Position numbers and translations under genes: made by a program. The notes under the pieces were generated by a model. That model was not told the origin of the DNA and ran no database searches. It was given only the letters and a program-made list of their open reading frames with translations. A stretch of 62,085 nt of DNA from an uncultured Prevotellaceae bacterium (lineage in GTDB: Bacteria; Bacteroidota; Bacteroidia; Bacteroidales; Bacteroidaceae). Positions 25,639 to 36,000 of this stretch are shown here, one piece after another; positions within the stretch are counted from its first letter, which is position 1, and the number at the start of each line of letters is the position of its first letter. Where the stretch lies: the NCBI GenBank assembly GCA_946541745.1, contig CAMNJY010000001.1, positions 1 to 62,085 of the forward strand, read 5' to 3'.

Positions 25639-28600
25639 TCAGAAGTCCACCTGCAGGCCTACGGTGAAGCCGCGGTTGAAATAGGTGCGACCCGTGTCCA
25701 GGTCCATGAAGTCGACTGAGGAGTAGAGCATGCCGAGGTTGCGCCCCTGCACGTAGACCTTCAGCCCGTTGATACCGATGTTGGAGAGGAGCTTCTTGTC
25801 GAAGTTGTAGCCCAGCGAGAGGTTGCGGATTTTGATGAACGAGGCATCCTTGAAGCCCAGCAGTCCTGAGTAGGAGTCACCACCCGACTGGTTGTAGACA
25901 GGCTTCTGCCAGTCGGCCCCGGTGTTGTCGGGTGTCCAGTAGCTGATTTCGCGCTGCTGATACATACCCAGCTGTCCCTCACCGCCGGTGCTGACCATAT
26001 ACTTGAAGCGGCCCTGTAGCTCGATGGCCAGCTCGATGCCCCGCCAGGAGAGGCTGTTCGACCAGCCTGCCGTCAGGCGCGGATTGCGGTTGCCCAGGAT
26101 GACACGGTCTTCGGCATTAATTACGTAATCGCCGTTCTGGTCGACGGGGCGCACGCTACCGGCAGTGAACTTCTCGCCGTTCTCGTTGAACTTGGCCATC
26201 TCGGCCGCGTCGCTCTCCTGCCACAGGCCGTCATTCTCGTAGCCGTAGAACACGTTGATCGACTCGCCGATGAACCAGGCCATGTTGAGGTCGTCCTCCT
26301 TGCCGTTGGCCAGCTCCACGATCTCGTCCTTCTGCCAGGCCAGGTTGAGGTTGGAGTTCCATGTGAACTCCTTCGTCAGCACGGGGATGGTGTTCAGCGT
26401 CAGCTCGATACCCTTGTTCTTGGTCTTGCCCACGTTGGTCTTGATCTGCGGATAGCCCGAGAGTGAGGGTATCGACATGTCGAGTATCAGGTCGTTGGTG
26501 TGTGAGATATAGGCGTCGATGGTACCGCCGATGCGGCCCTTGAGGAAGCTGAAGTCGATACCTACGTTCCACTGTGTAGTCTTCTCCCAGCCCAGGTTGG
26601 GATTAGGCATCAGGTTGGCACCGCTGGAGTAGTAAGGCTCGTTGGTGACGAGAATCTGCGAGTTGCCCTTGCTGAAGGGCATCCAGTAGGAGCTGATGAC
26701 GCCGAGCGTGCCGTAGGATGGTACGGCCGAGTTGCCCGTCACGCCGACGCCGAAGCGCACCTTCAGCTGGTCAATCCACGTGACGCTCTTCATGAACTCC
26801 TCCTGCTCCATGCGCCAGCCGAGGGCCATCGAGGGGAAGAAGTCCCACTTCTTGCCCTGGGCGAGCACCGAGGCACCGTCCCAACGGGCAGAGGCCGTCA
26901 GCAGGTAGCGGTCGCGGAAGGAGTAGTTGATGCGGGCCATGTACGACGACAGGGCTTTCTCGTTAAGGCCGGAGCCGATGCCCACCTTATATTTAGTGTT
27001 GGTCACGTCAACGGCACTCAGGTTGTTCCACAGGAACGAGGGGATGGGCACGTTCTCCTCGCTGATGTTGCTGGTCTCGGTGTTGCTCTTCGAGGCGCTC
27101 TGCAGCAGCGTCAGGCCCACGGTATGCTCACCGAAGGTGCGGTTGTAGAGCAGCATGTTGTCGAGCGTCCAGGCCAGCTGGCGGCCGTCGCCGCGGCTGA
27201 CGGTGTTGTTGCCGCCTGCACGGCTGATGGAGCTGGCGTCAAGGAAGTTGCCGTTGCGGTAGTAGCGTAGCTCGGGGCCGAACTGCGTCTTCCACTGCAG
27301 GCCCTGGAGGGGCTGCCATATCTGGCCGAAGTCTATCTGTCCGTAGAAGCTGCTCAGCACGCGGTAGTTCTCGCGGTTGTCGGTCGACTTGGTCCACTCG
27401 TCTATTATAGAATAGGTGTTGGTGGTGGAGCCGCCAGGCTGGTTGATAATGTCGCCTTTCTCGTCGTAGGGCAGTGTATAGCGCAGGATGGCCTTGGCCG
27501 CGCCGTAGAGGTCGGTGGGGCCGCTGCTGGTGCCGTAGGCCTTCGAATAGCCGTACTTCTGCAGACCATAGGAGGCGTTGAACGAGGCACCGGCCTTGAA
27601 CCACTTCGTGCCGGTGATGTCGGCCGATGCGGAGAGGTTGAAGCGCTCGTAGCTCTGTCCTTTCTGCGTGCCCTTGTTCTTCATGTAGCCGAAGCTGACG
27701 AAGCCAGCCACGTTCTTCGTACCGCCACGGGCCGAGAGGGTATGTTCCTGGGTGATGCCTGTCTGTGTGGCAAACTCTGTCCAGTCAGTATCGGTGACCT
27801 TCGAGCCGTCCCAGGTGCCGCCGCTCCAGCCCTTCATCACGTTGGCCAGGGCGGTGTCGTCGCCGTCGAAGAAGTTGCGGTCCTGTTCCTGCACGGGCTG
27901 GTTGCCGGGCGTGTACTTGTCGGGGCTCAGGTTGTAGTAAGCCCATCGGCGCCACGTGATATAGTCGCTGGCCGACATGGCTGGGCTCTTGTCTACAATC
28001 TTCTCGAAGGTGAACGAGCCGTTGTAGCTGAGCTGCATCTTGCCCTCCTGTCCGCGCTTGGTGGTGACGAGCACCACGCCGTTGGCGCCGCGGCTGCCGT
28101 AGATGGCCGTCGAGGAGGCATCTTTCAGAATGTCGATTGACTCAATGTCGCGCGGGTTCAGCGTCTCTATGCCGCCTGCCTGCAGGGGCACGCCGTCGAC
28201 CACGTAGAGCGGGCCCTGGTCGGCGGAGATGGAGCGGTTACCGCGGATGGTAATGCTGCCTATCGTACCGGGACGCTCGCTGGTGGTGATGTCCACGCCG
28301 GCGGCCTTGCCCTGCAGGGCTTCGAAGGCGTTGCTGACGGGCTTCACGTTGAGGTCTTTCTCGCCTACACGGGTCAGGGCGCCGGTGACGTCGCTCTTGC
28401 GCTGCACACCGTAACCCACAACCACCACCTCGTCCAGCAGCTGCTTGTCTTCCTCAAGGGTGACGTTGATCTGGCTGCGCCCGCCCACGGCAATGTTCTG
28501 CGTGCGATAGCCTACGTACGAGAATACCAGCGTGGCGCCCTGGGGCACACCGCCGATGGTAAAGTTGCCCTCGAAGTCGGTGACCGTACCCGTGGTTGTG

Positions 28601-28776
28601 CCCTTTACCAGGACGCTGGCGCCGATGACGGCCTCGCCCGTGGCGTCAACAACCTTTCCTGACACTTTCCCCTGCGCCATGGCTACCGTCGAGCTGACGG
28701 CCAGCAAGGCCAGGAGGAGAAGACGTTGCCACAGGTGGCAGCGACCCTTCTGGATAGTCTTTCTTTTTTCTTCCAT
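25639..28776 (-). CDS. susC: SusC/RagA TonB-dependent transporter
   Basis: EVVVVGYG, PLYVVDG, LKDASSTAIYGSRGANGVVLVTTKRG, NPNLGWEKT, C-terminal F. Confidence 0.97.
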   Translation of the reverse strand: MEEKRKTIQKGRCHLWQRLLLLALLAVSSTVAMAQGKVSGKVVDATGEAVIGASVLVKGTTTGTVTDFEGNFTIGGVPQGATLVFSYVGYRTQNIAVGGRSQINVTLEEDKQLLDEVVVVGYGVQRKSDVTGALTRVGEKDLNVKPVSNAFEALQGKAAGVDITTSERPGTIGSITIRGNRSISADQGPLYVVDGVPLQAGGIETLNPRDIESIDILKDASSTAIYGSRGANGVVLVTTKRGQEGKMQLSYNGSFTFEKIVDKSPAMSASDYITWRRWAYYNLSPDKYTPGNQPVQEQDRNFFDGDDTALANVMKGWSGGTWDGSKVTDTDWTEFATQTGITQEHTLSARGGTKNVAGFVSFGYMKNKGTQKGQSYERFNLSASADITGTKWFKAGASFNASYGLQKYGYSKAYGTSSGPTDLYGAAKAILRYTLPYDEKGDIINQPGGSTTNTYSIIDEWTKSTDNRENYRVLSSFYGQIDFGQIWQPLQGLQWKTQFGPELRYYRNGNFLDASSISRAGGNNTVSRGDGRQLAWTLDNMLLYNRTFGEHTVGLTLLQSASKSNTETSNISEENVPIPSFLWNNLSAVDVTNTKYKVGIGSGLNEKALSSYMARINYSFRDRYLLTASARWDGASVLAQGKKWDFFPSMALGWRMEQEEFMKSVTWIDQLKVRFGVGVTGNSAVPSYGTLGVISSYWMPFSKGNSQILVTNEPYYSSGANLMPNPNLGWEKTTQWNVGIDFSFLKGRIGGTIDAYISHTNDLILDMSIPSLSGYPQIKTNVGKTKNKGIELTLNTIPVLTKEFTWNSNLNLAWQKDEIVELANGKEDDLNMAWFIGESINVFYGYENDGLWQESDAAEMAKFNENGEKFTAGSVRPVDQNGDYVINAEDRVILGNRNPRLTAGWSNSLSWRGIELAIELQGRFKYMVSTGGEGQLGMYQQREISYWTPDNTGADWQKPVYNQSGGDSYSGLLGFKDASFIKIRNLSLGYNFDKKLLSNIGINGLKVYVQGRNLGMLYSSVDFMDLDTGRTYFNRGFTVGLQVDF

Positions 28777-28959
28777 GTTGTTAGCTTTTTAGTTGTGAAT
28801 GTTATAATTATATAGATGTTATGTCTTACGCTTCCCGCTGTCGTCTGTCTCCCAAACAATCTGTTTTACCTTAAAAAAAGACGCCTACCCGATGAAGTGA
28901 ATGAACTAACTAAAATAACCTTTGATAACTAAACTACCTTGTATGAATGCTTTTCGATG

Positions 28960-29094
28960 CAAAAGTAGTCATGATTTTTCAAACTCTACCGTCAGTTTTT
29001 CATCATTTACCATACAGTTTTTCGGCAAACGGCGTTTTGACCGATAAAAAGACCTGACAGTGTATGGTTTGTTGGCCTTTTTTTAGTATATTTG
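28960..29094. promoter_or_regulatory. Divergent PUL promoters with an intervening direct repeat
   Basis: TACTTTTG on the - strand at 28960-28967 and TATATTTG on the + strand at 29087-29094. CAGTTTTTC occurs at 28993 and 29015. Confidence 0.5.
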
Positions 29095-29134
29095 CACACA
29101 GATAAATGACAATACTGATAAATCGACAAAAACT

Positions 29135-30490
29135 ATGAAGAGACTCCTATCATGCTGTTTAGCCCTGGTGTGGCCGTTGCTGCTGGCGGCCCAGATGGGC
29201 ACCCGCTTTCCTTCCGAGCGTAAGGTGATGAAGGATCCTAAGACGGGCGTGGAGCTGGTGTTCCTCACCTCGAAGAGCGGCACCGGCGACTCCAAGATTT
29301 ACCAGACCCACAACCAGTGGACCTCGGACGGCCGCTGGGTTATCTTCCGCTCCGACCGCGTGAAGGGCGAGGCCATGGCCGTCAACGAGGAGACGGGCGA
29401 CATCGTCCAGGTGACGGAGGGCGGGTTCACGGGCATGCTCTGCGTGGCTCGCAAGTCGATGGCCCTCTACCACATGCGGGTGCAGAAAGATAAAAATGGT
29501 ACGCGCACGGGCATGGAGGTGGTCCGCGTTGACTTAGGCGCCCTGCTTAGCGATGCCATGGCCGGCACGGTGAAAAAGAAGAAGGCTTACGAGCGCGTCT
29601 GCGGCGTCGTGCCCGCCGAGATGTGCAGCGAGGGCGACATGGCCCTCGACGGCAGCGAGGAGCTGGTCTACTTCCGCCTCGACAAGGAGTATGCCCGCAG
29701 GTTCCCCATCGCCGAACCCATAGCCTCCAACTTCGGCCCGCGCAAGATGGGTGCCGGCCCGGGGGGCATAGGCAAGATGGACCTGGCCACGGGCAAGAGC
29801 GAGCCGGTGTGCGCCGTCCACTTCAAGGTGGGCCACATACAGGGCAACCCGTGGCACCCCGGCGAGGTCATCTTCTGCTGGGAGACGGGCGGCAAGGCAC
29901 CGCTGCGCACGTGGATATGCAACGCTGACGGCACGGGCCTGCGCCCCATCTACCGCGAGACCGCGCATGACTGGGTGACCCACGAGGCCGTTATCAGCGC
30001 CGACGAGCTGGTCATCGCCATCATTGGCCACCGGCCTATCAAGAGCCTCTCCCCCGGCTCCTCTCCCGCTGGCGAGGGGCGCATTGAGGGCCTGGAGTCG
30101 TTCGCCATGTCGGACGACTGGGGGCCATCGGGCACCAAGGAGTATGCCACGGGCATCGCCGTGGTCAACATGCGCACCCGGGAGCTGACGCTGGAGGGTC
30201 AGGTGCCGGGCGACAACTTCTGGCACGTGGCGGGCTCCAGCGACGGCCACTGGGTGGCGGGCGACGACTTTGCCCGTGAGCTCTGGATTATAGACCGCCA
30301 CACGGGCGAGCGCATCCTGCTCTCGGCCGGCCACAAGACTACGGCCCGCGACCATGTCCACCCTACGTTCAAGCCCGACGGCACGGAGATAGAGATCCAG
30401 TCGGCCATGCTCAGCGACGACGGCCGCTCCATGAACATCTGCATCGTCAGATTGCCGCAGGAGCTGATTAACCGCTACAAGAAACAGTAA
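29135..30490 (+). CDS. Oligogalacturonate lyase-like (PL22-like) beta-propeller protein
   Basis: D..TG..L..LT, Y.THNQWTSDG..IF.SDR, GHIQ.NP, FCWETG, THE, HVHPTF.PDG..I resemble Ogl/PL22; signal peptide present. Confidence 0.75.
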   Translation: MKRLLSCCLALVWPLLLAAQMGTRFPSERKVMKDPKTGVELVFLTSKSGTGDSKIYQTHNQWTSDGRWVIFRSDRVKGEAMAVNEETGDIVQVTEGGFTGMLCVARKSMALYHMRVQKDKNGTRTGMEVVRVDLGALLSDAMAGTVKKKKAYERVCGVVPAEMCSEGDMALDGSEELVYFRLDKEYARRFPIAEPIASNFGPRKMGAGPGGIGKMDLATGKSEPVCAVHFKVGHIQGNPWHPGEVIFCWETGGKAPLRTWICNADGTGLRPIYRETAHDWVTHEAVISADELVIAIIGHRPIKSLSPGSSPAGEGRIEGLESFAMSDDWGPSGTKEYATGIAVVNMRTRELTLEGQVPGDNFWHVAGSSDGHWVAGDDFARELWIIDRHTGERILLSAGHKTTARDHVHPTFKPDGTEIEIQSAMLSDDGRSMNICIVRLPQELINRYKKQ

Positions 30491-30511
30491 AAAGAAACGT
30501 AGGCGAAAGAT

Positions 30512-31624
30512 ATGAGGTGCTGTTTGACGATGTTGTTGTTAGCCTGCTGGACGCTGAACGCTGCGGCCCAGCCTCAGGTCATGGAGCCGGGCTTCAGGGT
30601 GTTTCAGTTTCCCAGGACGCAGATTCCGCGCATCGACGGCAACTTCACTGACTGGGACATCGTGCCCGACTCGTATGCCGTCACCATCGACGAGATGTGG
30701 GACGACACCGGCAATCACCAGGGCATAGACCGCACAACGCTCGACCTGAGGGTGAAGGTGGGGTGGGTCGATGGCCTCAACCGCCTCTACTTCCTCTACG
30801 AAGCCTACGACGACTACTGGGACTTCGACCAGCTCGGCCTGCGCAACGACACCTACGAGGTGGTGGTCGACGGCAACCTCTCGGGCGGGCCGCATATCGG
30901 CGAGCTGCGCCTGAACCCCGGCGTGAAGACGCGCCTCGACGCCTTCTTCGACTTTCAGAACCAGCACGCCCAGAACTACCACATCATGACGCCGCCCACC
31001 GAGGGCAAGTCGTGGACCATGGTGTGGGGGCCCCAGCAGTGGCTGAAGTACCTGCCCTATGCCAACTACGCCTACGACTACCACTTCAGCCACGGCGAGA
31101 GCGGCTGGCTCAGGCTGGAGTTCTACATCACCCCCTTCGACTACGCCAGTGCTGAGGGGCCGGAGAAGTCGGCCGAGAGCCGCCTCTATGAGAACAAGAA
31201 GATAGGTCTGTCGTGGGCGGTCATCGACTACGACGGCGGTCAGGGCAAAAGCGGCTTCTGGAACCTGTCCAGACACCACAAGATGTACGGCAATGCCTCC
31301 ATGCAGCGGCTGTTCACGCTGATGCCCTTAGAGCAGCAGTTCCGCAAGCCGGTGGAGTGTGACTGGACGTTCACCGTAGTGCCCGACACGCGCACCGTCA
31401 GTTTCCGCGACCGCAGTTACGGCCACATCACCCGCTGGCACTGGGACTTCGGCGACGGCACCACGAGCAACGAGCAGCACCCCGTACACACCTACAGCCG
31501 AGACGACACCCACTACGTGGTGACCCTCACCGTGGAAGGCCCCGAGGGCCGGGCCCGCCAGTGCAAGGTCTGGGAGGTCTGCGTCCGCGACCTCGCCAAT
31601 CCGTCGGCCACTCATTACGACTGA
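30512..31624 (+). CDS. Secreted protein with a CBM9/DOMON-like N-terminal domain and a C-terminal PKD domain
   Basis: P.IDG...DW and LYF....DD motifs; C-terminal F.D.S.G.IT.W.WDFGDG.TS.EQHP.HTY....Y.VTLTV. Confidence 0.75.
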   Translation: MRCCLTMLLLACWTLNAAAQPQVMEPGFRVFQFPRTQIPRIDGNFTDWDIVPDSYAVTIDEMWDDTGNHQGIDRTTLDLRVKVGWVDGLNRLYFLYEAYDDYWDFDQLGLRNDTYEVVVDGNLSGGPHIGELRLNPGVKTRLDAFFDFQNQHAQNYHIMTPPTEGKSWTMVWGPQQWLKYLPYANYAYDYHFSHGESGWLRLEFYITPFDYASAEGPEKSAESRLYENKKIGLSWAVIDYDGGQGKSGFWNLSRHHKMYGNASMQRLFTLMPLEQQFRKPVECDWTFTVVPDTRTVSFRDRSYGHITRWHWDFGDGTTSNEQHPVHTYSRDDTHYVVTLTVEGPEGRARQCKVWEVCVRDLANPSATHYD

Positions 31625-31642
31625 GACAACATTATAACATAT

Positions 31643-33076
31643 ATGAAGCAAAGAATCATAAGAAAAAGAAAAGGGACGGCAACATGGATTTTACCTTTGT
31701 GCCTGCTGCCCTTTTTGCCTTTCAGCGCCACGGCGCAAACCCCAGTGAACGACAACAACACGCCGTTGCACCTGATGAAACCCGACTACCGCGTGGGCTA
31801 CGGCATACCCAAGGTGGAGGAGGTGAAGCAGGTGACCGACCGCGTGCTCAGCTACATTGACAGCGAGACCCCTGCCACCCTCGTCGACAAGCGCACGGGC
31901 CGTGAAGTGACCAACCTGAAGGCCATCGACGAGCACACGCAGCTCAAGCAAGGCGGTTTCCGCCTGACCAGCTATGAGTGGGGCGTCACCTACTCGGGCG
32001 TGCTGGCCGCCTACGAGGCTACCGGCGACCGGGCCTACCTCGACTACGTGCAGAAGCGCCACCGGCTGCTGGCCGACGTCTTCCCCTACTTCCGCCAGCT
32101 GCATGCCCAGGGTAAGGCCATCGACGGCAACATACGCCGCGTTGTAGACCCCCACGCCCTGGACGATGCCGGTGCCGTCTGCTGCTCCATGATCAAGGCC
32201 ATGCTGCAAGACCCCTCTCTCGCCGCCCGCCTCTCGCCCCTCACCACTAACTACGCCGACTACATCATGAACAAGGAGTACCGCCTCAGTGACGGCACCT
32301 TCGCCCGCCTCCGCCCGCAGAAAAACACGCTCTGGCTCGACGATATGTTCATGGGCATACCCGCCGTGGCCTACATGGGACGGCTGACGGGCGACACGTC
32401 GTACTACGACGAGGCCGCGCGCCAGGTGCTGCAGTTCGCCCAGCGCTTGTGGGTGCCCGGTAAGCAGCTCTTCCGCCACGGCTGGGTGGAAGCCAGCGCT
32501 TTCCACCCAGCCTTCCACTGGGGCCGCGCCAACGGGTGGGCCATACTGACCCTCTGCGAGGTGCTCGACGTGCTGCCCGCCGCCCACCCCCAGCGGGCGC
32601 CCATCATGCGGCTGCTGCGCCAGCACGCCGAGGGCTTGGCCGCCCTGCAGCACCACGACGGCTTCTGGCACCAGTTGCTCGACCGCCCTGACACCTACCT
32701 CGAAACCTCAGCCACGGCCATCTATGCCTACTGCCTGGCCCATGCCGTCAGCGAGGGCTGGCTCGACGCCAAGGCCTTCGGCCCCGTGGCCCTGCTGGCC
32801 TGGCATGCCGTGGCTTCGTGCGTCAATGCCCGCGGACAGGTGGAGAACGTCTGCGTGGGCACAGGCATGGGCTTCGACCCCGCCTTCTACGCCTACCGCC
32901 CCGTCCACGTCATGGCCGCCCACGGCTACGGGCCCGTCATCTGGGCCGGTGCAGCCGTCATCAAGCTGCTCAAGACCCGTTACCCCAAGCTCAACGACTC
33001 TGCCGTGCAGTTCTACGACGAAAAGGTGCCTACCGACCAGCCCATCTTCAACTACGACGGCAAGATAAGGTTCTAA
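31643..33076 (+). CDS. GH105/GH88 unsaturated (rhamno)galacturonyl hydrolase
   Basis: YEWGV, LDD.G, LWLDDMFMG, HWGRANGW, GFWHQLLDR..YLETSATA. Confidence 0.9.
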   Translation: MKQRIIRKRKGTATWILPLCLLPFLPFSATAQTPVNDNNTPLHLMKPDYRVGYGIPKVEEVKQVTDRVLSYIDSETPATLVDKRTGREVTNLKAIDEHTQLKQGGFRLTSYEWGVTYSGVLAAYEATGDRAYLDYVQKRHRLLADVFPYFRQLHAQGKAIDGNIRRVVDPHALDDAGAVCCSMIKAMLQDPSLAARLSPLTTNYADYIMNKEYRLSDGTFARLRPQKNTLWLDDMFMGIPAVAYMGRLTGDTSYYDEAARQVLQFAQRLWVPGKQLFRHGWVEASAFHPAFHWGRANGWAILTLCEVLDVLPAAHPQRAPIMRLLRQHAEGLAALQHHDGFWHQLLDRPDTYLETSATAIYAYCLAHAVSEGWLDAKAFGPVALLAWHAVASCVNARGQVENVCVGTGMGFDPAFYAYRPVHVMAAHGYGPVIWAGAAVIKLLKTRYPKLNDSAVQFYDEKVPTDQPIFNYDGKIRF

Positions 33077-33088
33077 AACTTCACCATC

Positions 33089-36000
33089 ATGACACGACGG
33101 AAGCTGAACATACACTCATGGATGGTGGCGGCGTGCTGGCTGCTGGTCAACGCCGCTACGGCCCAGAACCGCAGCATCAGCCTGCAGGACGGGCTCTGCA
33201 ACAACTTCGTGCTCGCCACCGCCCTCGACGGACAGGGCAACCTGTGGGTGGGCACCGAGACGGGGCTGAACTGTATAGCCGGCCGCACCGTGACCAGCTA
33301 CCGGCGTGAGCAGATGGGCAGCAGCAACGACAAGATACTGTCGCTCTACTACGACCGCCACTGCGACCGCCTTCTCATAGGCACCGAGCACGAGCTGCTG
33401 AGCTATGACGGGCGCACCGACCGCTTCTGCCATCCCGCCGACAGCAACCTCGTGACCCGCCGCGGCCTGACCTGCATAGCCACCGACCATCGGCAGGGCG
33501 TGTGGCTGGTTTTCTTCAACGGGGTGGTGCAGCACATGGACTGCACCACCGGGCGGGTGACCACCCTGCCCGCCCGGCTGCCCGCCGCCCGCCGCGTCAT
33601 GGACGACGGCCGTGGCCATCTCTACGTAGGCCACAACAAGGAGGGCATGAGCATCGTCAACCTGCAGAACCCGCGCGACGTGAAGCACTACCGCCACAAC
33701 AACGACGACCCCGCCAGCCTGCCGGGCAACAATGTGCGCTGCCTGCTCAACGACAGCAGGGGGCGCGTCTGGGTGGGCACCGACCGGGGGCTGGCACTGT
33801 TCGACGCTGCTGCAGGCAGCTTCACCACCGTCCGCCACACCGCCGGGGGCTCGCTGCCAGACAACGTGTACGACGTCAAGGAGATGGCCGGCGGCCAGCT
33901 CTGGGTGGCGTCCGACGTGGGCGGCATCAGCGTGGTGACTCCGTCGGCCACCGTCCCCGTCGGCGGCTATACCTACAACGACGATGTCGCCATAACGGTC
34001 TCGTCGCTCAATACGCGCACCATCCTGCAGGACGACTACCAGAACGTCTGGGTGGGCAACCACAGCACCGGACTTGACTTTATACCCGCGCGCCGCCCCT
34101 TCCTCTCGTGGCTCGACTACACCGACGAGCGGGGCCGGCCCCGCCACGTCTACGGCATCGCCGGCGACAGCCAGGGACGGCTGTGGGTCAGCAGCGAGGA
34201 CGAGCTGAGCCTGTGGGCGCGCCGCCCCGGCCCTGACAGGGCTCTTCACCTGCAGGGGCGGTGGCACGTCGGCGCCATGAAGCACCGCGCCCACTCCTTT
34301 GCCCGCTGCCTGATGGCCGACAGCCAGGGCTGTCTGTGGATGGGCATGGAGGACGAGGGTGTCATACGCTTCGATACCCGCACCCAGCGTTTTGAGCCTA
34401 TAGACATAGGCTACGACGTGTGCGACATACACTCCTTCTACGAGGACGGCGACGGTGCCGTCTGGATAGGTGCCGAGCACGGCGTCTGCCGCTACTACCA
34501 GGGCCGCGTCAGCCATGCCACCATGATTGACAGCCTGGCCGAGCGGGCACCCGTCACCAGTTTTCTCCGGCTGTCCACGGGCGAGCTGCTGCTCACCACC
34601 CAGGGCAGCGGCATCGTGGCCGTCAACACCACGACCATGAAGGCACGGCGGCTGATGATGGCCGACGGACTGCCGTCGAACAACATCAACCAGGCGCTGG
34701 CCGACCGCCGGCAGGGCCTCTGGCTGGCCACCAACGAGGGGCTCGTCAGGATAGCCGACCCCACCGACCTTACCCGCTTCGATGTCTACAGCACCAGCGA
34801 CGGGCTGACCGACCGCCAGGTGTGGGCCGTCAGGCAAGACCGCCAAGGCCGCCTCTGGGGGAGCACCTACAGCAGCCTGGTGTGTCTCGACCCCGCCACG
34901 GGCCGCTTCTACAACTACGGCCAGCAGGGGCAGCTGGCTGTCAACGGCTCCATTGAGGGCGCCGCCGCCGCCGTCGACGGCGCCTTGCTGGCATTCGGCT
35001 CGACGGGCGGCGTATGCTATTTCATGCCCGACGACACCGAGGTACAGCCCAGGGTGGCCCCTGTCAGGATTTCGCTCTGCGAGGCTTACTGGCCCATAGA
35101 GGGCGAGAACGCTACCCGGCGGCTCGTCGCCGACAGCAACGGGCGCATCACCACCGCCTACGACCAGAACACGCTGCGCATAGCCTACACCGTGGACGAC
35201 TATGCCCAGACAGACGACGTGGAGTACTCCTATATGATGATAGGCCTGAGCGACAAGTGGTACTACAACGGCTCTGACGACGACGTCATGTTTCGCAACC
35301 TGCGCCCGGGCTACTACACCTTCGTGCTGCGTGCCAAGCTGAAGAGCCAGGAGTGGGACGATGCCGTCACCACCCGCCTCAGCCTGTGCATCACCCCGCC
35401 CTTCTGGCTCTCGTGGTGGGCCTGCCTGTTCTACGTGCTGCTGGTGGCCGCCGCCGCGTGGTGGCTCTTCAGGCAGTACCGCCGACGGCTGGCGCTGCGC
35501 GCGTCGCTGGAGATGGCCCGCCGAGAAAGCCTGCAGAAGCAGGAGCTGAACGAGGAGCGCCTGCGCTTCTTCACCAACATCACGCACGAGCTGCGCACAC
35601 CCCTGACGCTGATTCTCGGCCCGCTGGACGACCTGACCGCCGACCCGCAGCTGCCCGCGCCCTACCGCCGCAAGGTGGGGCTCATCAGCAAGAGTGCCCT
35701 CCGCCTGCACGACCTGATCAACCAGATACTGGAGTTCCGCAAGACAGAAACCCAGAACCGCCGCCTCACCGTGGCCCGTGGCGACCTCGGCGCGTTTGTG
35801 AAAGAGACCGTGCTGAACTTCGCCGAGCTGAACCGCAACCCCCAGGTACAGATCACGGCCGAGGTGGCCGGCGACCTGCCGGCGGTCTACTACGACTCAG
35901 AGGTCATCACCACCATACTCACCAATCTGCTGGCCAACGCCATGAAGTACACCGAGCGCGGACTGGTCAGCGTCATCCTCAGGAAGACTCCACTCCCCGG

